Shown piece after piece: positions 16,540-31,703 of a DNA stretch of 64,000 bases. Each line of letters opens with the position of its first letter. Positions within the stretch are counted from its first letter, which is position 1. The stretch comes from the human T2T-CHM13v2.0 reference genome, Homo sapiens. The stretch lies in NCBI RefSeq assembly GCF_009914755.1, contig NC_060926.1. The stretch is one strand, 5' to 3'. The notes beneath the pieces were generated by a model. It did not search any database, was not told the DNA's origin, and was given only the letters and a program-made list of their open reading frames with translations. The position numbers were made by a program, and so were the translations under genes.

Positions 16540-16735
16540 AGAAACAAGACTGTCAAGTACCTCAATCCCCAAGCTAAAGAATTTGGAAGTTTCTTTCCCT
16601 AGGCAATGAGAAGTCATTGTGGGTTGTTGAGCAAGAAATGATACAACATAATTAATGTTTTAGGAAGATTCATCTGGCAGCAACGGGCAGGAGATAAACT
16701 CTGAAGTAATAGAGGCCAATTAAGAGGTTACTGGA
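16540..16735 (-). mobile_element. L2 LINE fragment
   Basis: taggcaatgagaagtcattg...ttttaggaagattcatctggcagc. Confidence 0.6.
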
Positions 16736-16749
16736 TCCTTAAGGCATAT

Positions 16750-17010
16750 ATTCTCAAGGAAATCATCTTAAGGTGAAAGGTTTATATTCAAGTGTTTTTG
16801 CCACAGTGTTATAAAAGCAAAAAAAAGTGTTTAAAACATGCAAACAACCCAAATATCCAAAAACTGGAAGGTCATTAAGTAAATAATGGTATTTGAAGCC
16901 ATTAAAAATAATGTTTTTGAAAAATATTTATTGACATGGAAAATGCTGGTAATGCAAAGTTTAGTGAAAACACTGACACAAAACTGAATATGAGTTTGAC
17001 CCCAATTATA
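16750..17010 (+). mobile_element. old L1 (L1ME/MC) 3' fragment
   Basis: aaacaacccaaatatccaa...taaataatggtat...gccattaaaaat...atttattgacatggaaaatg. Confidence 0.6.
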
Positions 17011-17766
17011 TAGAGGATTTCCTAAGGACACTGTTGTGATTATCTTGCCTTAGGAAAAGACTATTAGTCATAATGAACATGTTTTAGTCTATAAAGCTCT
17101 GCTTTGAGTAAATAAATTAGAGAAAACTTTCATGTATCAACATGACTTGGCTAAGGAACATTTTGACTTTTATTATTGGTGCAGGTTTATCTTCCTAAGC
17201 ATAAGAAAGGAGATGAATTAATAATAATTGCACTCCACTTCTCTAAGTAGGTTTTAGGATTAAAAAGCCCCAAGAAAAGTAAGACCCACTTCGGATGTAA
17301 TGACACTGAACCAGTCGGGAGCAAACGTCAGATCATAGACCCCCTACAATGCTGATGTTTAAAAACAAAACCAAAAATTACACATTCGTTCCATTTGGAA
17401 AGAAAAAAATTAAAGTAGTAGCAGTGGTTATTCCTGGGAAATGACACTATGGATGATTGTTTCATTGTTACATTAATAAGTTTACATCATTTTGATAATT
17501 AGGGAACTGTTTGGTTAATTGGGTTCATTTGTTTGTTTAATAAAGGAGCAAGTGATTAAGACTGTGACATGCAAAAGCAGAGAAACAAGAAAAGAAAAGA
17601 AAGGATACAGCAGTGCCTTCTGATTCAGGATATAAAGATGATAAAACATAGTTTACAGTGTACATGGACTTCATAGACTTTTCTACTAAAGCGGAATATA
17701 CACATTAAAGAAACCTAAGTATTAGGTAACTTTCTTGGACTTTCCCAGAGAAAGTTTACTTTATGG

Positions 17767-18268
17767 TAGTGGTCCCCAATCTTTTTGGCGTCACAGACTG
17801 GTTTCGTGGAAGAGAATTTTTCCACAGACCGGGCTGGGATATGGTTTGGGGTTGATTTAAGCACATCACAATTATTGTGCACTTTATTTCTATTATTATT
17901 ACATTATAATATATAATGAAATAATTATACAACTCACCATAATGTGAAATCAGTGGGAGCCCTGAGCTTATTTTCCTGCAACTAGATGGTGAGAGACAGT
18001 GACAGATCATCAGGCATTAGATTCTCATAAGGAGCGCACAACCTATTGTGTGCAGGTCACAATAGGATTTGAGCTCCTGTCAGAATCTAGTGACGCCGCT
18101 GATCTGACAGGAGGCAGAGCTCAGGCCACAATGCAAGCGATGGGAAGTGGCTGTAAATACAGATGAAGCTTTGCTTGCTCACCTGCTGCTCACCTCCTCC
18201 TGTGTGGCTTGGTTCCTAACAGGCCAGGGACCAGTATCGGTCCATAGTCAGGGTGTTAGGGACCCCTG
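17767..18268 (+). mobile_element. MER1A hAT-Charlie element
   Basis: tagtggtccccaatctttttggc...gggacccctg TIRs; perfect 8-bp TSD ctttatgg on both sides. Confidence 0.92.
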
Positions 18269-18384
18269 CTTTATGGGATAAAGTAAAAAAGTGAAAAAAG
18301 TGCAGTACATTCTCTCTACCAAAGCTTCCCAAAAAACATCTAAGATGGCTTTCAATTGACACTACTAGTATGGTAGTACAATAG

Positions 18385-19005
<621 letters not shown>

Positions 19006-21421
19006 TACAATTTTGATTACTAGTCCAAAACAGGCAAACACAAATAAAAAAGGAAAATTACACAGTATTACTGTGACATTTTTGAAGGACACTGAGTGCA
19101 GATTCGTTCTTTTCTTACACAAGTTTTCAAATCATCATTCTATAGATCTTAGCACTGCAGCTACTTCATAAATGCTAACAGGACGATAAAATTACTTTAA
19201 CAATATTTACTAAGTAAGATGGAGTCTCCTACACTATCAGTCTATTCTCCATTTTCAGTCAATATAGTCAACAGGTAAATTCCCTTTTGTCATAAAATTT
19301 CTATTTCTATTCTTTCCATCATTAAACCAAGTGGTAATGAAATGACAATTTATAGTCCCTGCTGTCACCAGGAATAATCTAATCCTTGCTGCCCACAGTC
19401 TTTATGCAGAAATGACAGAGGCCTTCCTTCCAGCCCCAACTTCCCCCAGAATAAATGGACACTTAGGGATCACCCAGAGCTTGCTGTCAACTCTAACAAG
19501 AATTTCCCTGGATAATTATGTAAAGCTCAACAACAGTGTAGTAAATAAAATTAAATATAAATCAGATATATTTATACTTCCACTAATTAAAAGTAACAAC
19601 TAAGAAAAGTTTATACCACAATCTATGGAGCATTGGTTTCTGTATTAGCAAAAGATGCATAATAAGAACATAACAAGAGACTAACAAATTTCACATTGTA
19701 TGTTTGCTTCTTTCAGTTTGGGACATGTTGATGTATTTTAAAATTTCACACTAGAAGGAATAGTCCTCCTAATTTGTTTATGGACCTCTGCATCACTAGC
19801 TGACCTGAAACTGGTAGATCAAACTTCCTGTGGCCCATTGACCTTAGAAAAAAATTATTTAGTAAATATTTATTAACCAACTACTCTCTCACATGCACTA
19901 TTAAATAAATAAGTGCTGGAAATGATTTATATCACCAGTAGAAATTTAGAAACCACTAATTCGTTTTCTGACTCTTAGCCATTAGACATTCTTCCTCAAA
20001 GCCTTCTCTACTCAATGAGATGAAAAGTAGTAATATGTAAGTATTAAAAGTTATTAACATAATGCTTTTAATTTACTCATATTTCATGAATTCTATTTTC
20101 AAACACAAAACCTAAGAATATATATATAACACTGCTAAACTTCAAAACAGTAATGTGCCAATTAATACATGTTCCAAAAGTTCTTTTAGTATACCAAATT
20201 CTAATACACCTGCATGTTCAGCAGCATGATGATATACACTGGGTGCTCTCTAGTTGTACCGAAAATCTTCTGGTACAAATATGGCTGTAAGCTGAGTTTC
20301 CCCAGTCCTCCCCAACCTGTGAATACAAACGGAATCACACTAATAATAAGAACCCAAATTCTATTGGCTCTTGTCACCACCTAGCAGAACCTCAGCACCT
20401 TATAAAAGAATTTCTCAAGTGCTTCTGGAAGTTGAGGTGCTCTCTGAAGTCAGTTGCTCTCTAAAGTCAGGTGAATTCAGGTGTGCTCGTGAATACTCCC
20501 ACTCTGGCAGGGCATCTCCTATGACTCTCTCCAGCATCCATGTCACCAGATACTACTATCCCATTACCCAATGCACTCTCTGCCAGGAGACACTGCTGGT
20601 CTTCTGCCACCAGAGGTGCTAAAGATGTGTGGTGGGATAGAGACATTGCCTGAGCTCTGCCTAATGTTGACTAACATGGACATGACAACCCACTCAAAGG
20701 TACCAAACTCATGATGTTTCTGTGACTTTGTTCTACAAAATCTTAGATTTTGTTTGTGGTTTAATTTTTACAGGCAACTTGCTCCTCACGGTAACCAGAC
20801 CTCTATTACTGGTCAGTGGTGCCTGGCTCTTCCTCTCTTCAGTATCTTTGGAGGCTCCTCAGTACCTTTCACAAATATTTTACTTTAGGTGCTGGCCCAT
20901 GCATCTATTAGATGTATGTACACATATTCAACGCATACTAGTTTCCTCTAGAGAAGGTCTCTTTAATCAAGATTTGGGGTTTATTATTTTGAGAGAGATA
21001 ATTTTTTGATTACAGCAAGTCATTATATTTCTTCACTAGTTATATAATTTTACCAAAATAATTTAAAGTATGAAATCCTACTCTCACATAGTAAATGAAT
21101 ACCTGAAACCAGGCAAACAGAAACACTTATATTTAATGGTGTCATAAGTGATTTGCAAAATATTTTAATTCATTGGTAACCCTTTGGGCTCTTACTCAAA
21201 AGGAAAGAAAAAGAAACTTAGAAATTAATAACATACACAAGAGTTCTGTTTCACCTGATAATTTTTACCTGGCTAAATGCAAGTACAAGAAGTAATTGAT
21301 AGTGGGTCTCAGGCTGTTTTTCTCTGCTGAGCTCTTTATTTCTATACACTTATTCCCCAACATGCACAGTGGTTTTCTAACTGGTTATCAATCTTAGCAA
21401 TGGCAGGTAGCCTTTCCATTC

Positions 21422-21809
21422 TGCTATTGTTTGAATGTGTCCCCCAAAGTTCACGTGTTGGAAACTTAATCCCCAATGCAACAATGTTGGGAAGTGGGTC
21501 CCAATAAGAAGTGATTTCGGTCATTATGAGGGCTCTGCCCTCATAAATGGATTAATGTTGTTATTCTGGCAGTCGGTTAGTTATTATGAGAGTGAGTTGG
21601 ATATAAAAGCAATTTTTGCCCCCTCTTGCCCTCTAGAAATCTATTCCCCTTCCACCTTGCACCAGGGGATGACACAGCAAGAAGACCCTTGCAAGATGTC
21701 AGCTCCTCAACCTTGGACTTCCCAGCCTCCAGAACTGTAAGAAATAAATCTCTGTCCTTTATAAATTACTCAGGTATTTTGTTACAGCAGCATAAAATGG
21801 ACTAAGATG
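21422..21809 (+). mobile_element. MST-family (MSTC-like) solo LTR
   Basis: tgctattgtttgaatgtgtccccc...gttggaaacttaatcccc...ttggacttcccagcctccagaactg...aataaa...ggactaaga; TSD cattc/catac. Confidence 0.88.
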
Positions 21810-21994
21810 CATACTACAGTTTAAGATCAAGAGTCCTGAAACATGATACCAATCCTTGCTTTATCCCCTCACTTGTTTCAGCACTCCCTGATTCTGGTGA
21901 ATATGTCTGGGCTGCTTGTTAGCAAGAAATCCTAATTCCATTGCAAAGCAGAATCTCCACTCCTTCCATTCTCAAAGTCTTGGTTCACGTTTTG

Positions 21995-22560
21995 AGAGGT
22001 GGCATAACACTGCAGTTGAGAGCATGCACCATGGAAACAGATCGCCCAGGCTCCACTCCCGGCTTCCCCACTTATCAGTTGGGCGACCATGGGCAAGTTA
22101 CTTAAACTCTCTAAACTCCAGTTTTCTCATTATTGGAAGGGGGTGGTGATAATAATAGAAACTTCCTTAGGGTTGTTGTTAGGATTAAATGAGTAATACC
22201 TGTAAAGAAATTAAAGCTATTCTGCTGAGGATGTGAGGCAGCAAAGCAAGCAAGGTTTTTTAATGGTATACTAAATACCATTATCTTACCCTAAATTTAA
22301 AAGCACTCTCTGGATATGTGGTCAGTGGCTGAGAGACATTGAGCAAGTATCTCCCTAAACCTCTGTCTCTTTATCTATAAAATGGTACTAATTGAAATAA
22401 AAACATGTAATTTACTTGGCAATTACCTAACATGCAGTAAACATTAATATTAGCTCTTATGTCATCTGTAAAAATAATCTGTAATTATGTCTGCTTTACT
22501 GGGATATTGTAATAAGATAACATAGGTAAAGTACTAGCATAATGATTTAATATTTATTAA
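21995..22560 (+). mobile_element. MIR SINE copies (2-3 fragments)
   Basis: gggcaagttacttaaactctct...aggattaaatgag; gagcaagtat...ctataaaatgg. Confidence 0.7.
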
Positions 22561-22579
22561 CCAAAGGATTAATATATAG

Positions 22580-22897
<318 letters not shown>

Positions 22898-24301
22898 TCC
22901 ACACTTGCCTTTTAAAGACCATAGGATTACTGATCATTTTTTCCTGAATTGCTTTTACTTTTCCTTCCTTTGACAGCTATACCTGGAGGTTTGAGCAATG
23001 CAGAGAACCTATGATTATATAAACTTTGTCTATTACCAACACCCTCCACAAACCTACCATTGATAAGCAAGTCTTTATTGAATGTGAAGATTTATCAGGG
23101 TAATTCTAGTTCAAAAAAAGTAGTCGAGTTTCTGGCAATATAGCTGACCAAGTATTAGGACCAATCTTCCCAACTAATGACTAAAAATGCTGGATAAAAT
23201 ATAAAAACATCTTCAAGAAGGCATCCATATGAAAGCAAAAGAGAAAGCAGTACCTAAGAAAGCAACACTGAATCAGCTATATTCTCAGGGCATTTGCCGA
23301 ACTCAGTGAACTTGAGCATAGAGTTTTATGCTCTGGAGACAGAAGACACAACTCAGGGACCACCCAAGTTGGAGTATCCTATATTAGAATCCTCATAAAA
23401 CAGGGGCCCAAAGGCATACACTCAATGAAAGAGGGCACTAAAATAAACTATCCACTTTCACCCCTGCTGGAAATTGCATGGAAAACTAACAGTCTCAAAA
23501 CTTGGCAGTGTGTAGAGTGGGGGAAAATTATACCCTAAGAATTTGTAACCAAAAGCTGACCCTCACACAAGTTTGCACAGAAATTCACACTTTTGAAGCA
23601 ATCTAAAAAAAATTTTTCTAACATGAAGTCAATATTATGCAAAGGGGTCTTAAGCTAGTATATCCCAGGTACCTAACAAAAGCAAATGTAAATCCTTGTA
23701 AGAAAAGGATTTTCCTACAAGGATTGTCCCCTTTCATTCCAGGACACAAAATATCTTCATGGATAAAATTTCAAGGAAAACTAAACAACTCAAATGTCAA
23801 AATTAGTAATACACAGGAGTCAATGTTATAAGTGAGAACCAGCAGGAAAAAAAAAGATAGCAAAATAGGACCCAAAAAATGTTAGATACTTGAATTATCA
23901 GATACAGAGTATTAAAAAGTATGTTTAACATGTTTAATATCAGAAACTTTAAAAAGTAGCAATTGAAATTGAGCACTCAGTTGACAGATTTAACAACAGA
24001 TAAAACATAGCATAATAGAGAGAATTAGTCACTAGAAGATAAAAAGAAATTATCAAGAATGAAGATCAAGGAGACAAAAGAACTTAAACATTGAAAGGAG
24101 CACAGATAAACTGAACTTTATCAAAATTTAAAAACACTTTTTTGTATCAAAGGACATTAGCAAGAAAGGGAACAAGCAACCTACAGAATGGGTGAAATAT
24201 TTAGAAATCATAATTTGATAAAGGCCTAATATCCAGAATATACAAATAACTCCTACAATTCAATAGAAAAAAAAAAAAGACAAAAAAATTTAAAAACATG
24301 C

Positions 24302-24393
24302 AAATCAGGAGGCTGAGGCTACAGTGAGCCGTGATGGTGCCACTGTCCTCCAGCCTGAGTGACAGAGTGTGAGCCCATCTCAGAAACAAAAAA
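24302..24393 (+). mobile_element. Alu right-arm 3' fragment
   Basis: ggaggctgaggctacagtgagccgtgatggtgccactg...gacagagtg. Confidence 0.8.
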
Positions 24394-24750
24394 AGGGGGG
24401 ATGGCGCAAAGGACTTGAATAGACATTTCTTCAAACATATACAAATGGCCAATAAACATATGAAAAATCACTAACTATATTTCCAACAACCAACAACATA
24501 AAAAATAAAATGACAATTTGAAAACAAAATAAGCAGATGCGCAACATCATTAGTCATCAGGGAAATTCAATCAAAAGGACAGTGATATGCCACTTCACAT
24601 CTACTAGAATGGCTACACATCTACTAGAATGGCTACAGTTTTAAAAAACCGAAAATAACAATGTTAACAAGGATGTGGTGAAATTGGAACCCTCACACAT
24701 TGCTGGTAGAAATGTAAAATGATGCAGCAGCTATAGAAATATTTGACAGA

Positions 24751-25079
<329 letters not shown>

Positions 25080-25221
25080 CTAAACATAGAATTATCATAT
25101 GAACCAGCAATTCCACTCCTAGTTATATACACAAGGGAACTGAAAGCAGGGACTGAAACACATATTTGTAGGGCAATGTTCACTGCAGCATTATTCATAA
25201 TAGCCAAAAGTTGGAAATAAC

Positions 25222-25275
25222 CCATATATATGTGTGTGTATATATATATATATATATATGGACAGAGAGAGAGAC
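25222..25275. repeat. (TA)n/(TG)n/(GA)n microsatellite
   Basis: Read directly. Confidence 0.9.
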
Positions 25276-25744
25276 AATAATAAAAAGGAATGAATTTTTG
25301 ATATATGCTACAACATGAATCTTAAAACCATTATACTAAGTAAAATAAGCCAAGCCCAAAAGGACAAATATTGCATGATTCCACTTACATGAAATATCTA
25401 AAATAGTTGAATTTATAGAGACAGAAAGTAAATTAAAGATTTCCAGGAGCTGGAAGGAGTGGGTAATGGGAAGTTATTGCATAATGGTTTCAGAGTTTTC
25501 ATCTAAGAAAAATTTTGGAAATTGTGGTGATGGTTGTCCAACATTGTGACTGTAATTAATGCCACTGAATTGTACATCTAAAAATAGTTAAAATAAAAAA
25601 TTGTGTGTTATATATACTTTAACATAATTTCTAAAAATTAACAATGAAATAGATCAAAAGCCATTAAATTGTACACTTTAAGTGAGTGAACTGTATGGTA
25701 TGTGATTTATACATTAATAAATTTTTTAATGGAAAGAAAGCTTA

Positions 25745-26095
25745 TATTCATTAAGGTAGTAAGCTAGATTGCAGAAACAGATAAACCCAAAACACAACAT
25801 TACTCAAACCAAAATAGAAGTTTATTATTACTCTGTCACATAACAGTCCAAGTTGAGCGTTCCTGGTCTGTGAGTACTTCTCTCCCTGCAGTGGTTCAGT
25901 GACTGCAGCTCCCTCCATCCATCTGAAGACTCTGCCATCCTCTGAGCCTGAGGCCTCCATATTGTCTGTATTCAGCTAACATTAGGGGAAAGAGCATAAA
26001 GGGGACACATTACTTCCTAAAAGCCTTGGCCTGAAAATGTTCATGCACATGGCCACACAAAGATGTAAGGAAGGCTGGAAAATGTAGGCTTTAAA
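25745..26095 (-). mobile_element. old MLT1 (J/K-like) LTR
   Basis: aaaatagaagtttattattactc...tcatgcacatggccacac...aaggaaggctggaaaatgtag. Confidence 0.6.
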
Positions 26096-27499
26096 TGCAC
26101 TTAAAAGATTATGATATTAGAGTAAGACAGGCTAACATATGTCTAAACAGAGTTCCAAAACATAAGAAAGGAGTGAGAAGGAGGTGGCAGCAATAGTTGA
26201 GGAGATTATGACTAAGAACTTTCCACAACTGATGAGAAAAAATAACCCATAGATTCAAGATTTCTACAAATCCCAAATAGGAAAAATAAAAAGAAATTCA
26301 CACCTAAGTACATCATAGTAAAATCACAGAACCTAAAGACAAAGATATACTAAAAGCAGCTGGAGAAAAAAAGATAGATTACCTTAAAGACAGTGAGACT
26401 GACAGCTGACTTCACCAATAACAATGTAATCAAGAATGGAGTAGAATAACATATGCTGAGAAAATAATTATTAACTTGGTAATCTATATACAGTAAATTA
26501 TACTTTTTAAGAGAACAAATTAAGAAGACATTTTTATGACAAATAAAGACGGAAAACATCTTCCATTAGCACACCCTCACTAAAGATGTTTGCAAAGGAA
26601 TAAAGAGAAAAAAAAGCAGTAAATATTTAAAAAGTTAACTACATAAAACACAATATTATGCGGGGTTAAAAAACACGATAGAATGAAAATACATAACAAC
26701 AATAGCACACAAGGCATAATTGAATTTAAAGTGTTCTAAGTCTTATATTATTGGGGAGACCATAAAGCAACTAATGAATTAAGCATGCAAGCTAAAATTT
26801 TTTATACCACTGAAACACAGAAACAAAAGGTATAACTTCCAAACTAGTAGAGAAAAAAATAGAATATGAAAAAATATAATCAATTCAGAAAAGGACAAGG
26901 AAGAAGAAAATAAGTGGTATAGAAAATGTGGAAAAAATATAAAACATAGAAGGCAGTAAAAACAAATCTAAATATGTCTACAATTATAATAAATATAAAT
27001 AGACTAACTGCTTCAGTTGAAAGACAAAGTCAAGCCATTTTTTTTTAATCTTGCTTTATTCTGTTTATAAGAGACAAGTGTAAAGCTTAAGAATACAGGA
27101 AGATTGAAGATATTAAAGTAAAAATGTAGAGAAGAATGTACGAAGCAAATACTAAACAAAAGAAACCTGCCAGTTCCAGTAGACAAATGTATTTATAGAC
27201 AAATAAATATTATTGAACACAAAGACAACCATGACCTAATTATTAAAATTTTAATCATCTGGGAGATATTAATTACATATTCATATATGTAATTATTCCT
27301 AATTACAGCCCCAAAATATATAAAGTAAAATTGACAGAACCACATGGAGAAACTGACATATTGAGAGATTTCAACTTTCAGAAACTGACTACTGAAACAA
27401 GGCATAAATACTAGTAGTTTTATAGAAGATTCAAACAACACAATAAATAAATGTAAACTAATGGGTATATATGAAACTGTCCTCAATGACTCAACACTG

Positions 27500-27794
27500 T
27501 TTTTTTCTTCTTTTTTTCTTATTTATTTATTTATTTATTTTTTTGGTAGAGTCTCACTCTGTCACCCAGGCTGGAGTGCAGTGGCACGGTTCAAGCGATT
27601 CTCCTGCCTCAGCCTGCCAAGTAGCTGCGATTACAAGCACATGCCATCATGCCTGGCTATTTTTTTTGTACTTTTGTAGAGATAGGGTTTCACCATGTTG
27701 GGCAAGGTGGTCTTGAACTCCAGACCTCAAGTGATCTGCCTGCCTCAGCCTCCCAAAGTGCTATGATCACAGGAGTTAGCTACCACACCAGGCC
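27500..27794 (-). mobile_element. Alu (S/J) with ~35-bp internal deletion
   Basis: gtgcagtggcac joins directly to ggttcaagcgattctcc; TSD tcaatgactcaa. Confidence 0.9.
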
Positions 27795-27879
27795 TTCAAT
27801 GACTCAAAATAAACATTTTTCCCAAGCATTCATGGAATATTTTAATCAAATGTTAAACTATAAAGCAGCTTCCAAAAAT

Positions 27880-28026
27880 TAAAATATATGTATAAATATA
27901 TATCTATATATTATAGCTTATAATATATATCTTATAAGATATATATTAATTATATAATTATATAATTATATAAGATATATTATATATCTTATAAGATATA
28001 ATATATTATATATAAATATGTATATA
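27880..28026. repeat. AT-rich low-complexity tract with palindromes
   Basis: TAATATATATCTTATAAGATATATATTA at 27921-27948. Confidence 0.9.
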
Positions 28027-31000
28027 GTATCACACACAGACTGGGTTTCTGAAAAGATAAATAGTATCATACAGATCAAGCTCTCTGACCACAATGGATT
28101 TGCAACCCAAAAAAATACATAATTAGAAAAATCCCTATATGTTTGGAAATTTTAAAATGTCCTTCTAAATTACTTAAGGATCAAAGAAGATATCATAATG
28201 AACATCAGGAAACATTCAGACCTGATAACAAATAAAATATTACACATCAAAACTTACATTATAAGTGAAAGAAAGAAGCTAAAGGAAACTTAGAGGAAAA
28301 TGTATAGCTTTAAATGTTCAAAGTATAAAAAAAGAAAATCTAATAAGTAATGAAAACTATATACATCTTAAGAAGTTAGTATAGGAAGAGCAGAATAAAC
28401 CCAAAGAAAAGAGAAGGAAGGAAATAATAGAAATAAAAATTAATGGATAGGAAATAAAATATTTAATAGTCAAAAGTTGGTTCTCTGAAAAAGCTAGTAA
28501 AATTTACAAACTTCTTATAATAAGAAACAAGAGAGATGACCCCAAAATGAAAATTAAAATAGTATGGTTATGAAATGATAATATTACATAAATGTATGAC
28601 ATTAAAAGGGGGCATAAATTCTAATGCTAGAGACATAAGATAATTAGGAGATGTATGAGCATTATTCCAATAAACTTGAAAATGTAGCTGAAATGATTCC
28701 TATAAAATAGAATTTATTTAAACTGACTCAAGAAGAAAGCAAAAACTGAATGGTCCTATAACTCCTAAAGAAATTTAGTCATTAGTTTAAAATCTTTCCC
28801 TAAACGAAGGATGAGGTCCAGGAGAGTTTATTGATAACAACCATTCAAGAAACAATTTCAATTTTACGCAAACTGTATCAGATTATGGCAAAAAAAAAAA
28901 AAAAGATACTACTCAACGCATTTTCTAAAGCTAGTATAACCTCGATACCAAAATTCAACACTGACATTCAAAAGGAGGAATTTGCAGACCAATCTTACTC
29001 ATGAATATAAATGCAAAAATCCCAGATAAAACACTAACGAACTGAATCCCTCAAAGTATTAAAATTACACACAGACACACACACACACACGCACGCACTA
29101 TGGCCAAATGGGTTTATTCGGAAATCAAAGTGAATTAAAGAAGAAAAAAATATAACTGACTACATTAACTATTGAAAGAAAATCATATGACTATCTCAAC
29201 AAATGCATAAAAAGCATTTGATAAAACTCCAACAATCCTTTATAGTAAAAATTTATAGTAAACTGTGAATTAAAGTGAACTTCCTTACTCTGATACTAGA
29301 CATCTACCCAAAAATTTGCAGCAAACATCATATTCAATTTTGAAATTTTGAAAGCATTCCATTTAAATATCATAAGTAAGTTTCTGTACTATCTCTATCT
29401 ACTTTGACGCAAGGTTATGCTGGATACTCAATACAGTACATACAAGAAAGCAAGGAAAAAAATAAAAGGTCTAAGGATTCAGAATGAAATAACAAATCTG
29501 TCATTATTCAAAATTGATATGATTTTCCATAAAGATAAATTATTAAAATTAAAAGTTAAATAAATATGCTAAAATAAAATCATTATTCAAAATTGATTGT
29601 ATTTCTAGGCATCCATAATAAGCAGAAAAAATTTAAAAGACATTTATTATAGCATCAAAAATATGATGTGCTTAGGAATAAATCTACCAAAGATACACAA
29701 GACTTTAGGGAGAAAAGTACAAAACATTATTGAAAGATATTAAAGAAGACTTTAATTAATGAAGAGATATACAATGTAATAGGTATTTTTCAAGAAGGGA
29801 TGGGAGCACAGAACCTCAGACCAATGGAGCAGCATAAAAAGTCCAGAAACAACCCCACACATAATTGCCATTTAACATATGACAGAGGTGCTGTTGAAGG
29901 TCAGTTGGAAAAAAATGCATTAAAAAAATAGTGCTGGAACAATTTGTTTCAATATAAAAAAAATTAAATTGACTCCTACCTCATGCAAAAAACAAAAATC
30001 AGTTCCAGGTAAATTAAAGACCTAAATGTGAAAGGCAAGAATGTAAAACTTTTGGAAGACGATATAGTAGAACACCTTTATGATTTCAAACTAAGGTAGC
30101 TCTTAAACCAGACATAAAAGATTTGTTATAAAGGAAATTATTGACTACATTAAAATCAATGTCTTCTGTTTATCAAAAAGCATTATAAATGGTGAAGGGA
30201 CAAGTTCAAACTGAGAGATGATTGCTACATGCTAACAAAGTATTAAAATGCAAAAAATATTTTAAATGTTTGCAAATCAGTAGGAATGACAAACAACCAA
30301 GCAGAAAAATGAGGCATAAGTAGTCCGTAAACACAAGAAAAGATGTTCAAACTCATGGCAAATCAGGGAAATTATAACCACAAAAGACCATTCGAAAATT
30401 GCCAGACGTAAGAAGTGTGATGAAATTAACTGTTTATGAGGTTGAGGAGCAATGAGAATGCTCATACCCTGCTAGTGAGAATGTAAATTTGTACAGCACT
30501 TTTGGAAAACAGCATGACATTACCGAGTAAAATTAAATGTGCGTATTCAGGTACTCTATGATTCAATGTTCCCGCTCCTAAGTATATATCCTAGAGAAAT
30601 CTTGTATATGTGTACCAGGAGACATGTAGAAGACAGTGTATAACAGTATTGTTTACAATGCAGAAAACTGGAAAAAACCTAAATGCATTCAACAGACTGG
30701 ATCAATAAGCTGTGGTATATTTTCATAATAAAATATCATCGAGGCATAAAAATTAGTGAGCTACAGCTACAATCATCAGCATGGATGGATCTCAAAAATA
30801 AAATGTTAAATTAAAAGAAACAAGTCGCAGAAGAATATGTACAGTATGCTTTTATTTATGTCAAGTTCAGAAACAATCCAAACTAAACAATGCAATTTTT
30901 AGGGGCATAAATAGGTAGTAATGAGCATAAAGAAAAGTTAGGAAGGGATTAGCAAAGTTCAGAATCGTGGATAGTTTCAGGGAAGGAGAGGGACAAATTG

Positions 31001-31458
31001 CTTCTGGAATATGGTACCTGTAAAGTGTTATTTCTCAACCTGGATACTAGATCTAAAGTAATCCCTTTTCTTTTTCTTAAACTGAATGCATATATCTTTA
31101 TACATTCTTCTGTATGCCTGCTATGTTTTATAGTAAAAAAAAGTTGTATAACATTTGCCTATAAAATATGTTTTATAACATTTGTCTGAATTTTCCGGAC
31201 AAAATTTTTTTCTGAATTACAAGAATAATTATTTCAGTTTCCTCTTCTGGGGCTTGAAAAAGAGAGTCACAGAACTTGAGGTGTTCCCTATTACAAAATT
31301 CAAATAAGTACTTGTATGCACAATCCTTGTTTATTTAGCAATAGGTTTTAATTAGGCAATGTAGGTTCTCAGAGTCACTCAAAGTATACTCGAAAATTAT
31401 ATCATAGCCCTTTTATTCTTAATTGCATTCATGCTATCCAAGAAATAACACTGTAGAG

Positions 31459-31703
31459 CAGTGCTGTCCAATAGAAATATATCATAAGCCAACTATGTAA
31501 TTTATTCTTTCTAGTAGCCACATTTCAACATCTGATCAATATTTTTTCTAATTATTAATGAAATATTTTACATTCTTTTCCCTCCTCAATTTTCAAAATT
31601 CAGTGTGTATTTTACACTTACAGCACATCTCGATCCGGACTAGCCACATTTCAAGTTCTCAACAGCCACATGAGGCTGGTGACTACCATACTGGACAGCA
31701 CAG
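31459..31703 (+). mobile_element. MER33 hAT-Charlie MITE (internal deletion)
   Basis: cagtgctgtccaatagaaatat...ttacacttacagcacatctc...ggactagccacatttcaag...ggacagcacag. Confidence 0.88.

Noticed and set aside
20604-20622. CTCF-like ccaccagaggtgct (also ggactaggtggcca near 3637)
   Set aside because: Mismatches or one-base shortening in the core; expected by chance
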